Shown here piece after piece: positions 20,431 to 30,223 of a DNA stretch of 64,000 nt (positions are counted from its first letter, which is position 1; each line of letters starts with the position of its first letter). The translations under genes were made by a program, and so were the position numbers. Below the pieces are notes generated by a model. That model made no database searches, had not been told where the DNA came from, and worked only from the letters and a program-made list of their open reading frames with translations. Origin of the DNA: an uncultured delta proteobacterium (GTDB lineage Bacteria > Desulfobacterota > Binatia > Binatales > Binataceae); assembly GCA_963724765.1 (NCBI GenBank), contig CAVRVY010000002.1, forward strand, positions 224,001 to 288,000, in the 5' to 3' direction.

Positions 20431-22161
20431 TTAGGCGTTGAGCGTGGTCGCGGTCTGCGCGTTAGTATCGCCGAGCCCGCTTAGCAGCGTGGAGTCGATG
20501 TAGACGTTGAAGGTCAGACGTTCGGCCGGCGGCGGCGGCATCACGTCGATGTCGAAAACCAGTTGTCCGGCCGCCACCTGGTTGGACGGGTTCTCGGCGG
20601 GATTGTAGCTGGCGGAGCCGGCGACCAGCGCGCCGCGGCCGATGAGGCTGCGGATGAAGGCATTGACGCTGGCCAGGATCGCCGAGATGAGCGCGTTGCT
20701 AATCGGCTGATCGATGAACTGGAGCATCGCGAGTTCCACCGATTCCTCGATCACGTCCATCGTGCGGCGTATGCTGATGAAATTGTTGGGCGTGGTCACC
20801 GTGGGGTAGGCGGCCGAACGGTTGCCCCACACTCGCAGGCCGGTGCCGAAGGCGTTGAAGACGGTCACGATGCCCTGCGCGTTGAGGTTGTTTACGTCGC
20901 TCGCCGGATCCAGCACCGAGGCGTAAAGCGTCACGTCGGGACCGAGCGGGCCGGTCATCTGAGTATTTGAGGGCGACCACCAGTAACCCTGCGACAGGTC
21001 CTTGGCCGCGATCGTTCCAGCTACCCACTGCGAATACGGTCCAACCGCGGTGACGTTGGCTGCGTTCTGCACGGGCGTGCCCGCCGAATTGAGCGTAACA
21101 CCGGTCGGGACCAGACCCAGGTCGGAGAATTGCTCTTGCGGATAGCAGAGCAGGGCACGGTCCGAGCTGGTGTCGAACACGTTGCCTGCGACGCCGCGAT
21201 TGGCGATGGCGGTGGCCGGAGAGATCGACGGTGGAGAGTCGATCAGCGCCACCGCGCGAATTGTCAGCGCCGTCGAGAGCAATGCGCTGGCGGTCGCGGG
21301 ATCCTGCGAGTAGCCAGGCGCGATCAGAATCTTCGGGAAAAACCCCATCGTGCCGTAAGTCGTGCGCAGCGCCTGGATTCCCGTGTACATGGTGCCGGTG
21401 ACCGAACCGACGATGTCGCTGTCCTGCACCTTGCTCGGGTCGGCGTAGCTGAAGGAGACGCTGAGCGCTTCGCCGGTAGTGATTGCGCCGCCCGCTTTCT
21501 GCGTGACGATTCCGTTTATGGGGTCGAGCGTATAGTCAGTTCCGTTTATATAGGTAGTCGAACCGCCGCCGCTGTTCTTGACTAGCACATTCCAGACGCC
21601 CATATGTCCCAGGTTGAGTACCTGAGGTCCCGACGCCGGCATCGCCATCGCCTGTGCCGTGATGGCGGTGTAGTGGAGATAGGGGTTGAAGACGTTAACC
21701 ACGATCGCCTGGCCGGCGCCCTGGGCCTGGATGGCCGCGAGCGCGTAGGGAATCGTGTACCCCTGGATTAGCGGGCCGTACGCGGCGGTCGAGCCGGCGA
21801 TATTCGGATTGGCGGTAAAATTGACCAGCGTGGGCGCTTGCAACAGAGTCCCGGCGATGGTGACCAGCTTCCAGATTGCGGTGCCGTCGGCGGTGGTGGC
21901 GTTGAGCGTGGTCGACCAGGCCGGTGCGGCGGTGCCGGTAGTGCCGGCGGTGGAGCACTGCTGGATGTTGCCGTTGGGATCGACCAGTTGCAGGCCGGCC
22001 GCGACCACGCAACTGGGCTGCCACATCGCCGCCGCGCCGACGGCCGCCCACAGCGGCGCGGAGCCGACCAGGCCGATCACCGACGACTTGACGACTGTGA
22101 TTGGGACCGGTCCGGTGGAAGTTTCGATTGTTTCAATTCCATGTAGAAAGCTGGCTGCCAT
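20431..22161 (-). CDS. Contractile tail sheath protein with inserted CBM-like and Ig-like modules
   Basis: FLHGIETIE, PKILIAPG, GYWWSPSN, GLRVWGNRS, FISIRRT and PPPPAERLTF. Confidence 0.95.
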   Translation of the reverse strand: MAASFLHGIETIETSTGPVPITVVKSSVIGLVGSAPLWAAVGAAAMWQPSCVVAAGLQLVDPNGNIQQCSTAGTTGTAAPAWSTTLNATTADGTAIWKLVTIAGTLLQAPTLVNFTANPNIAGSTAAYGPLIQGYTIPYALAAIQAQGAGQAIVVNVFNPYLHYTAITAQAMAMPASGPQVLNLGHMGVWNVLVKNSGGGSTTYINGTDYTLDPINGIVTQKAGGAITTGEALSVSFSYADPSKVQDSDIVGSVTGTMYTGIQALRTTYGTMGFFPKILIAPGYSQDPATASALLSTALTIRAVALIDSPPSISPATAIANRGVAGNVFDTSSDRALLCYPQEQFSDLGLVPTGVTLNSAGTPVQNAANVTAVGPYSQWVAGTIAAKDLSQGYWWSPSNTQMTGPLGPDVTLYASVLDPASDVNNLNAQGIVTVFNAFGTGLRVWGNRSAAYPTVTTPNNFISIRRTMDVIEESVELAMLQFIDQPISNALISAILASVNAFIRSLIGRGALVAGSASYNPAENPSNQVAAGQLVFDIDVMPPPPAERLTFNVYIDSTLLSGLGDTNAQTATTLNA

Positions 22162-22211
22162 CTTCTTTCACCTTCTTCTAATGCCTGCGGGAGTTGGCCG
22201 CTCCGTTGCGC

Positions 22212-23048
22212 CTAGTTGGTCGGGGCCGTCGGCGATGAAGAGCCGTTGGCGACCGCGGTGACCGTGTCGGAATAGGTATAGGTAACGTTGACCGTCGCAT
22301 TCGGAGCGATCGCGCCGCCCGCGGCCTGTGTGATGATTCCATTGACCGCGTCCAGCGTGTAATCAGTGCCGGCGAGATAGGCATTGCCGCCGCCAGCCGG
22401 GCTAATTACAAGGTTGGCGACATTACCCACCGGCAACTGGATCACACCCTGCGAGTTGAATGTGTATGCGGCCTGCGTGGCTGCCGTGGCGGTCTGCCCG
22501 CCCTCTTTCAACGCAGTGCCTTTGATGAAGAGCGGGAAATTGTCCAGCGTCGAGGTTTCCAGCGCCATTGTCTCGAGCGCGTAGAGTGCCGACCAGGTCC
22601 ATACGCCGCCTTGCGGGTCGCGGCCCAGGAACTGTTCCCTAAGCGGGAACATCTTGCGGCATCCGGGAACGCGAAAACCGGTCAGTGCGGCGCGGATCGC
22701 TTCGAGCAGCGCGTAGGCGCCGGGGTTGGGCCCCGACGGGTCGGCGCCGAAACTCCATCCGAGGTCGCGCACCAGCAGGAGGATTTCGAATTCGAGCCGG
22801 CGCGCCTGCGCGATCGCTGCCGTATCGATCAACGCTCCGTATGTCGCGCCGCGCCAGGCCACCAGGGCTGCTCCGATACGATGGGTGAGGCGGTAGGCGG
22901 CCGGCTTGTCGGGAAATTGCGCGATCTCGATCGCGCTTATCTGCGCACGAAGCTGCGCCGCGACCGCCGACTCGATGGTTGCGATATCGAGCGGCGTGGG
23001 CGGCGTGAAAATCTGCCCGGCCCAGGCGCTGTCCAGCGTCACGCCCAT
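22212..23048 (-). CDS. Mu gp37-like tail completion protein with C-terminal Ig-like module
   Basis: FPDKPAAYRLTHRIGAALV, GAYALLEAIRAALTGF; position after gp36. Confidence 0.82.
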   Translation of the reverse strand: MGVTLDSAWAGQIFTPPTPLDIATIESAVAAQLRAQISAIEIAQFPDKPAAYRLTHRIGAALVAWRGATYGALIDTAAIAQARRLEFEILLLVRDLGWSFGADPSGPNPGAYALLEAIRAALTGFRVPGCRKMFPLREQFLGRDPQGGVWTWSALYALETMALETSTLDNFPLFIKGTALKEGGQTATAATQAAYTFNSQGVIQLPVGNVANLVISPAGGGNAYLAGTDYTLDAVNGIITQAAGGAIAPNATVNVTYTYSDTVTAVANGSSSPTAPTN

Positions 23049-23050
23049 CG

Positions 23051-23500
23051 TCAGAACCCCTTCAAACTGCCGCGGCTGAAAACGCGCTGCGGTAGCGCGC
23101 CTGCCTCGGTGACGACCGCGCCCGCGGCCTCGGGCGGTTCCTGGTTATCCGGCGCAAGGCCCAGCGTGAGGGTGCCGTCGGCGACGCGCACCAGGACCGC
23201 CACCGCGTCTTCGTAGCGCTTGCGCGCCTCGGCCAGATCGTGGAGCGGGCGCAACGCCTGCAAGCGGTACATCGCGACGTCGCAAGTCAGGCGCGCAAGT
23301 ACGGCGGGCGGATCGTTGAGCGGCAGGGTGAAGCGGCTTTCCAGGTAGCCGTCGATCTCGGCCGAGGCGTCGGCGAGCGCCTGCTGCAGGACGCCATCGT
23401 TGACGACGGTCTGAGTCGGATCCTCGTTGGTCAGCTGCACGAGATCGCGGTTGGGGTAGCGTGCGATCATGTCCGAGGGTTGCGCGTAAACCATGGCCAA
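23051..23500 (-). CDS. Mu gp36/DUF1320-like head-tail adaptor
   Basis: ALADASAEIDGYL..RF.LPL, CDVAMYRL and RYEDAV..L..VADG. Confidence 0.92.
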   Translation of the reverse strand: MAMVYAQPSDMIARYPNRDLVQLTNEDPTQTVVNDGVLQQALADASAEIDGYLESRFTLPLNDPPAVLARLTCDVAMYRLQALRPLHDLAEARKRYEDAVAVLVRVADGTLTLGLAPDNQEPPEAAGAVVTEAGALPQRVFSRGSLKGF

Positions 23501-23598
23501 TACTTCCTTATCGTTTGCCTAGCTCGCGTGCGGGGCGGGCGGCCCGGAACGGAGCCTGGCGGCTTCCGTCCCGGGCTCGCATCGGGAGGAGGGAGGGA

Positions 23599-24543
23599 CT
23601 AGGCGAGGTACTCGCTGACAATCAGGTCGGCGCTGTTGCGCCAGATGTTGGTGGTGGGCACGGAGGAGCTGGCGCCGGCGCCGACCATGAACTCCGAGTT
23701 GAGCAGCTGGCGGGCGACTTCCTCGAGCGAGGGCGGTACCAGCAGGTAGACGCCTTTGCGGCTGGAGAGCGCGCCGAACGGCAGTCCGCCGTCGGTTTTA
23801 ATCGAGCGCATCGCCGCGCGCGCCGCGCCATAGTTGGTCGGATTGCTGAGATCCGTGTTGCTCGCGTAACAGAGCTGCCACAGCCCGACCCCGGTGTTGG
23901 CGCGGCCGTCGACGCCGTAGCGGAATTCGCGCCGATTGAAGACCGCCTCGTCGGTGAGCGTGTTCATCCGCGTGACCGCGTACTCGCGGCGCAGCTGGAA
24001 GATGAACGGCCGGATCGGGCGCGAGGCGTCGATCAGGAACCAGTAGGCGCCGCTGCCGGTGGAGTTGACGTTGGCGACCTCCGTCGGCGTGTTGCCCATC
24101 GGCCCTACCGGATGGGTTGCGGAGAAAAAGGCCTGGCCGTCGTAGCCGAGAACGGAGGAGGGCGTGTTCACGGCCGCCTTGATGGTCGAGAAGAGCAGCA
24201 TGTCGGGATGTACCTTGGTGTCCCAGCCGAGCTGCTCGATGACCGGCTCGTAGACGCCGTAGGTGTCGTCCTCGACGTCGTTGCGGTCGATGCCGACGGT
24301 GTCCTCGAAGTTCTTGTTGACGATCGTGTAGGCGTGAGCCTCGAGCGCCTGGGCCACGCGGCTGCCGAGCCACTCGCGGAACTTGGTGGTGCGGCCGAGC
24401 CACGGGTAGGTCGTCTGCCGCGAGCCCGAGCGCACGATCGAGGCGATCTGCTCGTAGTAGCTCGGCGGCGTTTCGAACCCGCGCTGGAAGATAACGTCGA
24501 AGCCGGTGAACAGTGCGGTGAGATTTGCTGCGCTGATTTCCAT
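23599..24543 (-). CDS. Mu-like major capsid protein gpT
   Basis: Start MEISAANL at 24543; YPWLG..FREWLG.R, NKNFEDTV, YDGQAFF..THP, WFLIDASRPIRPFIFQ and YGVDGR.N.G.GLWQL. Confidence 0.95.
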   Translation of the reverse strand: MEISAANLTALFTGFDVIFQRGFETPPSYYEQIASIVRSGSRQTTYPWLGRTTKFREWLGSRVAQALEAHAYTIVNKNFEDTVGIDRNDVEDDTYGVYEPVIEQLGWDTKVHPDMLLFSTIKAAVNTPSSVLGYDGQAFFSATHPVGPMGNTPTEVANVNSTGSGAYWFLIDASRPIRPFIFQLRREYAVTRMNTLTDEAVFNRREFRYGVDGRANTGVGLWQLCYASNTDLSNPTNYGAARAAMRSIKTDGGLPFGALSSRKGVYLLVPPSLEEVARQLLNSEFMVGAGASSSVPTTNIWRNSADLIVSEYLA

Positions 24544-24602
24544 CGTTGCTACCGTGTGGGCCCGCGGCGCGGCCGCGAGCGGCTGGAGGTTGAGCGGTTG
24601 GC

Positions 24603-25334
24603 CTAGACCGCGAGTGCCGCCTGATGCCAGAAGTCGACCCAGACCTGGCCACTGGGGTCGAGGTTGACGATCGCGCCGGCGACGCTGCGCGCGGGGCCGC
24701 CCCAGTTGTACGAGACCAGGACCGTGGCGGCGGCCGCGATCGCGCCGCCGCTTGGCGCCAGCATGATCAGCCCCGCCTGGTAATCGACCACGTAGTCGGT
24801 GCCCTCGACGTAGGTGGTACCGGCGGGCGAAGAGGTCACCACGACCTTCGAGATGTTCTCGTGGCCGAGGCTGATGATCTGCGCGCTGGTCGAGACGGGA
24901 AACGTATGCGACTGCGCACTGACCGCGGTCGCGCCTGAGCCGTCGCTGAGCGACACCGAGTTGTCGTCGACCGCGAAACAGGGCATCCCGACCTGGGGCT
25001 GCGCGATCGATCCGTCGTTGATCGCGTAAAGAAAGACCCCGCGCGCGCAAATCACCGAGATCGCGCCGGCCGCGCCGGCCGGCAGGTTGGTTCCGGGAAT
25101 CGTCACCGACGACGTGTTGACCGCGTCCTGCCCCGGCATCCCGAGATAGGTGCCCTCGGCGCGGCCGACGATCCGCAGTCCCGCGGTGGAAGCGGCGGGC
25201 ACCGCGTTGCCGTTGGCGTTGAGCGCCACCATCGAACCCAGGTAAACCGTGGTGCTGGCCTCGACCGGGTAGATCTGCATCCGCCCGAAGTCGGACATCT
25301 CAGGCGTGTTGCGTGAGCTGGTTAGAGCCGCCAT
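24603..25334 (-). CDS. Capsid cement/decoration-like protein with Ig-like insert
   Basis: MAALTSSRNTP..PVEASTTVYLGSMVALNA..CFAVDDNSV..RSVAGAI..VWVDF; between protease and capsid. Confidence 0.78.
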   Translation of the reverse strand: MAALTSSRNTPEMSDFGRMQIYPVEASTTVYLGSMVALNANGNAVPAASTAGLRIVGRAEGTYLGMPGQDAVNTSSVTIPGTNLPAGAAGAISVICARGVFLYAINDGSIAQPQVGMPCFAVDDNSVSLSDGSGATAVSAQSHTFPVSTSAQIISLGHENISKVVVTSSPAGTTYVEGTDYVVDYQAGLIMLAPSGGAIAAAATVLVSYNWGGPARSVAGAIVNLDPSGQVWVDFWHQAALAV

Positions 25335-25391
25335 TTCGTCACCTCTTTGAATCCTGCCTTTGCCTGTCCGGCCACGCTGTGCGCGTCCGGT

Positions 25392-26546
25392 CTAGTCGTT
25401 GCCGCGGTTGAGCCGCAGAAAATCGCTGCGCCCGGAACGCTTGCGCCCGAGGTAGTCCTCGGGGCTCAAGCCGAGTTGCGTACAGATCGCGGTCTCGGCG
25501 GCCGTCAGTGCGGACCTCGCGGCGCGGGAGGGCGGCGCACTGAAAGTCGCGGCCGCGTTCTCGAAGCCCGCGCCGAAAGCCATCGGCTGGCGCGAGGCGA
25601 AGGCGGCGAAGCCCTTGAAGTCCGCCTGGCAATAGGAGATTGCCCATTGACGCTGGGCCGGAATCAGCTTGCCCGCTTTGATCGCGTCGTCGACCGCGCG
25701 CTCGGCGCGCTCGCTGGCGCGCTCGGCGCGCATTTGATTCAGCTCGGCCAGTACGCGCTGAAACTGCGCGACCGCCACGTAGCGCGCCGGGTCGGCGCCG
25801 GCTCCGGCCTGCATTGCACCGGCGCCATCGTCGTCGTCGTCGTCCGCGCAGTCATCGTCTTGCGCGCCGTCGCGCCCGCCGTCTTCATCGTCATCGCCGT
25901 GGGCGCTTTCGTTCAGCGCGCGCACCGCCGCGAGGACCTCCTCGGGCGAGCAGTCGTCGTCGAGTCCGAGCATTTCGCACAACTGTTGCAGCAGCGTGTC
26001 CATCGCTTTGTCCCCTTCGGGGTGCGGCTCAACCACTTCGGCCGCACGCGCCGAGATCGCGGTCAGATAGAGATTCGGATTGTTGGTCAGTCCCGCGCGC
26101 AAAAGCCGCGTGACCGCGCCGTCAGGCGAGTACTGGAAGACCGGCGAGATGTAGCGGTACTCGCGCGAAGTGATGGCTTTGGCACCATGCGGAGTCCATT
26201 CCACGCGGCCCCACAGCGCGCCGTCGCGCTCCGCGAGTTCCCGGATCCATCCGGCGGCGGGAGCCGGACGGCCCTTGGGTGCGGCGAAGTCGGTCGCATG
26301 ATCGTAATCGATCGGCACGCCTGCGGTGAGGCCGAGCGCCTCGGTCGCCGCGATTACGCGCGTCGGGCTGGCAAGCCGGAATGGGCCGCGGCCGTCGCGT
26401 CCGCTGAACTCGCCCCCCGGGATCAGCATCACCCACTCGGGCGGCGCGCTGGAGGAAAGATCGGCGTCCTCGATCGCGGTGCCATGCACCGCCAGCGGGC
26501 CGCCCCGTTCAATCTGCTCTATGGTTTTGAAGTGCGTCACGTCCAT
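25392..26546 (-). CDS. Mu-like head maturation protease gpI, with probable nested scaffold gpZ from internal ATG at 26003
   Basis: PIDYDHA, APAAGWI, LWGRVEWT, EYRYISPVF and AGLTNNPNL; internal AAGGGG...ATG (MDTLLQQL). Confidence 0.93.
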   Translation of the reverse strand: MDVTHFKTIEQIERGGPLAVHGTAIEDADLSSSAPPEWVMLIPGGEFSGRDGRGPFRLASPTRVIAATEALGLTAGVPIDYDHATDFAAPKGRPAPAAGWIRELAERDGALWGRVEWTPHGAKAITSREYRYISPVFQYSPDGAVTRLLRAGLTNNPNLYLTAISARAAEVVEPHPEGDKAMDTLLQQLCEMLGLDDDCSPEEVLAAVRALNESAHGDDDEDGGRDGAQDDDCADDDDDDGAGAMQAGAGADPARYVAVAQFQRVLAELNQMRAERASERAERAVDDAIKAGKLIPAQRQWAISYCQADFKGFAAFASRQPMAFGAGFENAAATFSAPPSRAARSALTAAETAICTQLGLSPEDYLGRKRSGRSDFLRLNRGND

Positions 26547-26552
26547 CGCGCG

Positions 26553-26602
26553 GAAGTGTGCCCGAATCCCCGAATCTGCATAAGGGTGAAATATTTTCAC
26601 CC
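26553..26602 (-). promoter_or_regulatory. Putative activator-dependent late promoter (PI-like)
   Basis: Minus strand: dyad GGGTGAAAATATTTCACCC, then TTATGC-N16-CACACT-N8-ATG; same layout upstream of the endolysin. Confidence 0.68.
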
Positions 26603-26867
26603 CCAGACGTGGGCGGACCTGCTGACGTTTGGATTCCCGCGCTGCAAGAATGACGAGAGCGGAGAGGCGACGTGAGGGCAGATGAAAATGGAGACGCGGC
26701 CGGTGCCTTCTCAAAACTTTTTAAGCCCTTTCCCGCATCCGATGCGGGCGAGGGCTCAGAAAGGCGTCCGACCTCGTTTGCTCGTTGAGTCGCGTGATCT
26801 CTATGGTGAAAAAAGGGGGACTATCCGGCACTTGACGGATAACGTCCCATGCTGTATATTTCTATCC

Positions 26868-27755
26868 ATGATGACGCTCAAAGAATTGCTGACGACTTTC
26901 CCGAACGAAGATGCGTGCCGCGAGTTCCTGATGGAGCGCCGCTGGCCTAACGGTGTGCGCTGTCCTCGCTGTGGCAAGACCGAAACGGTTTACAAGTTGG
27001 CGAAGCCTTGGAAGTGGGAGTGCTCCAATAAGGATTGCCGCAGGGGCAACGCTTACCGCTTCTCTATCATCAGTGGAACGGTTTTCGAGAATACGAAATA
27101 CCCGCTTCGCACGTGGTTTGAAGTTGTCTGGCAAATGCTCAACAGCAAAAAGGGCGTGAGCGCGCTTCAGATTCAGCGCCAGATCGGTTGCTCGTCGTAC
27201 CAGACGGCTTGGTACATGTGCCATCGCTTGCGCGCCGCAATGCACGATCCCGATTTCAAGCAACTGATGGGCATTGTTGAGGTGGACGAAACCTACATCG
27301 GCGGCAAAAACGCCAACCGTCCGCTGAGCAAGCGTTTCAATCTGAAGGGGCGTGGCGCGGTCGGTAAGGTTGCGCTCATCGGCGCGATCTCTCGCAAGGG
27401 CAACATCACTTGCCAAATCATCGAAGATACTTCGACGGCTACCATGTCGCGCTTTGTGCGTCAGATGGTTTCGGAGAAGGTCGATCTGGTCGCGACCGAT
27501 GAGGGCGCGGGCTACAAAAAGCTGTATCAGGCTTTCCCGCACAAGACGGTCGATCACAAGGCGTTTGAGTACGTGCGTGGCGAGGTCCACACGAACAATA
27601 TCGAAAGCTTCTGGTCGCTCCTGAAGCGCGGAGTCATTGGCACCTACCACAACGTAAGCAAGAAATATCTGCCGCTCTATCTCGCGGAGTTTCAGTTCCG
27701 TCATAACAATCGCAAGAACCCCGACATTTTCGGCGAGGCGATAGCGGGGGCCTGA
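26868..27755 (+). CDS. IS1595-family DDE transposase
   Basis: RWPNGVRCPRC zinc ribbon, VEVDETYIGG, ATDE and HTNNIESFWS; TTGACG-N17-TATATT 7 nt before ATG (leaderless-type). Confidence 0.95.
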   Translation: MMTLKELLTTFPNEDACREFLMERRWPNGVRCPRCGKTETVYKLAKPWKWECSNKDCRRGNAYRFSIISGTVFENTKYPLRTWFEVVWQMLNSKKGVSALQIQRQIGCSSYQTAWYMCHRLRAAMHDPDFKQLMGIVEVDETYIGGKNANRPLSKRFNLKGRGAVGKVALIGAISRKGNITCQIIEDTSTATMSRFVRQMVSEKVDLVATDEGAGYKKLYQAFPHKTVDHKAFEYVRGEVHTNNIESFWSLLKRGVIGTYHNVSKKYLPLYLAEFQFRHNNRKNPDIFGEAIAGA

Positions 27756-27842
27756 AGCTGAAGCGTACTGACTGGCGGTCGCTTCAGTGGACTGGAAGCG
27801 ACGCCAGCGAGTCGAGTCAATTGAAATTGCCATTCCCATCGC

Positions 27843-27998
27843 CTAAGCCTTGGATTCGGTTTGAGCCTCAGCTTGTGCTTGTTTTCGACGCTTCGCCGCG
27901 CGCCGCTTCTGCGCTCGATAGTGCGGGTGCGTCTTCTCGTGATACTCTTTGCAAGTCCAGCAATAGAAGTGAGTGATCTTTTGTGCGTACTTAGCCAT
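27843..27998 (-). CDS. Small basic CxxC protein (IS cargo)
   Basis: MAKYAQKITHFYCWTCKEYHEKTHPHYRAQKRR...; TAATG-coupled to the upstream gene; homolog at 57363-57521. Confidence 0.7.
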   Translation of the reverse strand: MAKYAQKITHFYCWTCKEYHEKTHPHYRAQKRRAAKRRKQAQAEAQTESKA

Positions 27999-28762
27999 TA
28001 GCTCCAGGGGGATGGTGGCCCGGACCAAGAGTCATCACCAATGATGATCATCATTTGATGCTCGGCCTCTGGCGTGGTAATGACGCCCGGGGTCCATCGA
28101 GCATCCAATCCTATTTTGGTGAGGGCCATTGCTATTTGCCTTCCGCTCCAATTGGACGGTCGCGTAAAGACATCTACGCTGTATCGCAGGGAACCGGGAT
28201 TGACGGTTTGTCCGTTTACGGTACACGGCTCAATTGTCTGCATTTGTTTGCTGGCCATTTCCACAAGCAAAGCGCGGAGTCGGCTGTGCTTTTGCGGACC
28301 GGCGATAGTTAAGAAACATGGCCGCGGGAGTGTGAGGAAAGCGCCCTGTACGTCTAAAAGACCGTCGAATGAAATGTGCGATTTCATTTCTGCGGTCTCT
28401 GCCACCCACGACGGAGAGGGAACAACATCGTGGTGTCGGTGGGTCGATTGTGAAACCGGCGTGCTCGTGGGCACAGCGGTAGAAACGCTGGACGCAACCA
28501 CCGGTAGCTTAACGGGAACCGATGTTGCAGGCGTATTATTGCCGTTCCACAGCACAAACGCCATCGAAGCCATCGTGACGACACCCAACGCTATGGCCGC
28601 ACCACGCATCTCCCGTTGAAGGGGCGAACTGCGGTACCACGCGACGGCCCAAGCAAGCGTCGTCAAAACTGTTGCTCCAAGGGACCATTCCCATAAAAAA
28701 TCGAAGGCTTTCCATAGCCCCCACCAAAAACCGATTGTCTGAACGTCGTGCCACATAAGCAC
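27998..28762 (-). CDS. Hypothetical membrane protein (IS cargo)
   Basis: N-terminal TM helices, S/T/P-rich linker and soluble C-terminal domain. Confidence 0.6.
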   Translation of the reverse strand: MLMWHDVQTIGFWWGLWKAFDFLWEWSLGATVLTTLAWAVAWYRSSPLQREMRGAAIALGVVTMASMAFVLWNGNNTPATSVPVKLPVVASSVSTAVPTSTPVSQSTHRHHDVVPSPSWVAETAEMKSHISFDGLLDVQGAFLTLPRPCFLTIAGPQKHSRLRALLVEMASKQMQTIEPCTVNGQTVNPGSLRYSVDVFTRPSNWSGRQIAMALTKIGLDARWTPGVITTPEAEHQMMIIIGDDSWSGPPSPWS

Positions 28763-28809
28763 GAGAAATACCGCAACAACCGCTATCCGTCAACACGCGG
28801 ATACTCCCC

Positions 28810-28845
28810 AAAAAAAGGCGGAGCGCGCGAGGTGCGCGCTCCGCC
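28810..28845 (-). terminator. Intrinsic terminator of gltA
   Basis: Stem GGCGGAGCGCGC/GCGCGCTCCGCC with a T7 tract on the minus strand. Confidence 0.85.
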
Positions 28846-28891
28846 TGCGATCGTGAATCACCCTGCGGCCGTGGACCGCCGTAACGAAAAA

Positions 28892-30223
28892 TCAGATCTG
28901 ATCGCTCACCGCGTCCTCGCGCGTGGTCGGTGCGGGCCGCTTCTCGATCGGCGTCCACTGCCGCAGAATCTCGCCAATATAAATCTGCCGCGGCCGCGCG
29001 ATCTTCTGCTCCGGATCGCGCACCATCTCGGCCCACTGCGCCATCCATCCCGAGGTCCGCGGAATCGCGAACAGCACCGGGAACATGGTCATCGGAAAAC
29101 CCATCGCCTGGTAGATGATCCCGGTGTAGAAGTCGACGTTGGGATAGAGGCGATGCGAGACGAAGTATTCGTCTTCTAGGCCGATTTTTTCCAGCTCCAG
29201 TGCGATATCGATCAGCGGGTTGCGGCCGGTGACCTCGAAGACCTCGTAGGCGAGCCGCTTCACGATCTTGGCGCGCGGGTCGTAGCTCTTGTAGACGCGA
29301 TGGCCGAAGCCCATCATCTTGCGCTCGCCTGCTTTGACGGTCTTGATGAATTCCGGCACGGCCTTGACCGAACCGATCTGGGTCAGCATCCGGATCACCG
29401 CCTCGTTGGCGCCCCCGTGCAGCGGCCCATAGAGCGCCGCGGTGGCCGCGGCGACGGCCGAGTAAGGATCGACCTGCGAGCTTCCCACCGAGCGCATCGC
29501 GTTGGCCGAGCAGTTCTGCTCGTGGTCGGCATGCAGGATGAACAGGATGTCGAGCGCGCGCTCGAGCGTCGGATTGGGCTTGTAGCGCAGCTCGGTCATC
29601 TTGAACAGCATCGAGAGGAAATTGCCGGCGTAGCTCAAATCGTTGTCGGGGTAAACGTAGGGCAGGCCGCGCGTGTGACGATAGGCCCACGCGGCCAGCG
29701 TCGGCAGCTTGCCGATCAGGCGGCGCGTCTGCAGCCGGCGCGATTCGAGGTTCATGATTTCCTTGGCGTCGGGGTAGAACGTCGACATCGCGCCGATCGT
29801 TCCCACCAGCATCCCCATCGGATGCGCGTCGTAGCGGAAGCCCTGCATGAAGGTCTTGAGATTCTCATGCACCATCGTGTGAGTCTTGATGTTCTCTTCC
29901 CAGGCGCGGAAATGGTGCTCGTTTGGCAGCTCGCCCTTGACCACCAGGTAGGCGACCTCGAGGTAGTTGCTGTGCTCGGCCAGTTCCTCGATCGGGTAGC
30001 CGCGGTAGCGCAGGATGCCTTTTTCGCCGTCGATATAGGTCACCTTGCTCCTGCACGAGGCGGTGTTGGTGAAGGCCGGGTCGTAGGCCATCAGGCCGAA
30101 ATCTTCGGGGCCGTTCTTGATCTCGCGGAGTGTGGCGGAGCGGATCGCGCCACCCTCCTCGATCGGAATCTCGTATTGTTTTCCGGTGCGGTTGTCGGTC
30201 ACGGTGAGCGTGTTTTTTGCCAT
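28892..30223 (-). CDS. gltA: Citrate synthase
   Basis: YIDGEKGILRYRGY, LHADHEQN, GPLHGGANE, MGFGHRVYK and LYPNVDFY; start MAKNTL. Confidence 0.97.
   Translation of the reverse strand: MAKNTLTVTDNRTGKQYEIPIEEGGAIRSATLREIKNGPEDFGLMAYDPAFTNTASCRSKVTYIDGEKGILRYRGYPIEELAEHSNYLEVAYLVVKGELPNEHHFRAWEENIKTHTMVHENLKTFMQGFRYDAHPMGMLVGTIGAMSTFYPDAKEIMNLESRRLQTRRLIGKLPTLAAWAYRHTRGLPYVYPDNDLSYAGNFLSMLFKMTELRYKPNPTLERALDILFILHADHEQNCSANAMRSVGSSQVDPYSAVAAATAALYGPLHGGANEAVIRMLTQIGSVKAVPEFIKTVKAGERKMMGFGHRVYKSYDPRAKIVKRLAYEVFEVTGRNPLIDIALELEKIGLEDEYFVSHRLYPNVDFYTGIIYQAMGFPMTMFPVLFAIPRTSGWMAQWAEMVRDPEQKIARPRQIYIGEILRQWTPIEKRPAPTTREDAVSDQI

Larger units (their letters stand above)
8467..26602 (-). mobile_element. 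Mu-like prophage-derived block 1: head maturation, neck, contractile tail, baseplate and fibres
   Basis: Contiguous co-oriented virion genes in the order typical of Mu-like heads with P2-type tails; many overlapping start/stop codons. Confidence 0.93.
26816..28809 (+). mobile_element. IS1595-family element 1 with two passenger genes
   Basis: 26-bp TIRs GGGGACTATCCGGCACTTGACGGATA / GGGGAGTATCCGCGTGTTGACGGATA (21/26 identical); flanks GAAAAAAG / AAAAAAAG. Confidence 0.88.

Noticed and set aside
8467-22161. Tailocin, eCIS or T6SS interpretation
   Set aside because: Capsid, protease, portal and terminase genes are present, and no AAA ATPase or Tss membrane complex is visible.
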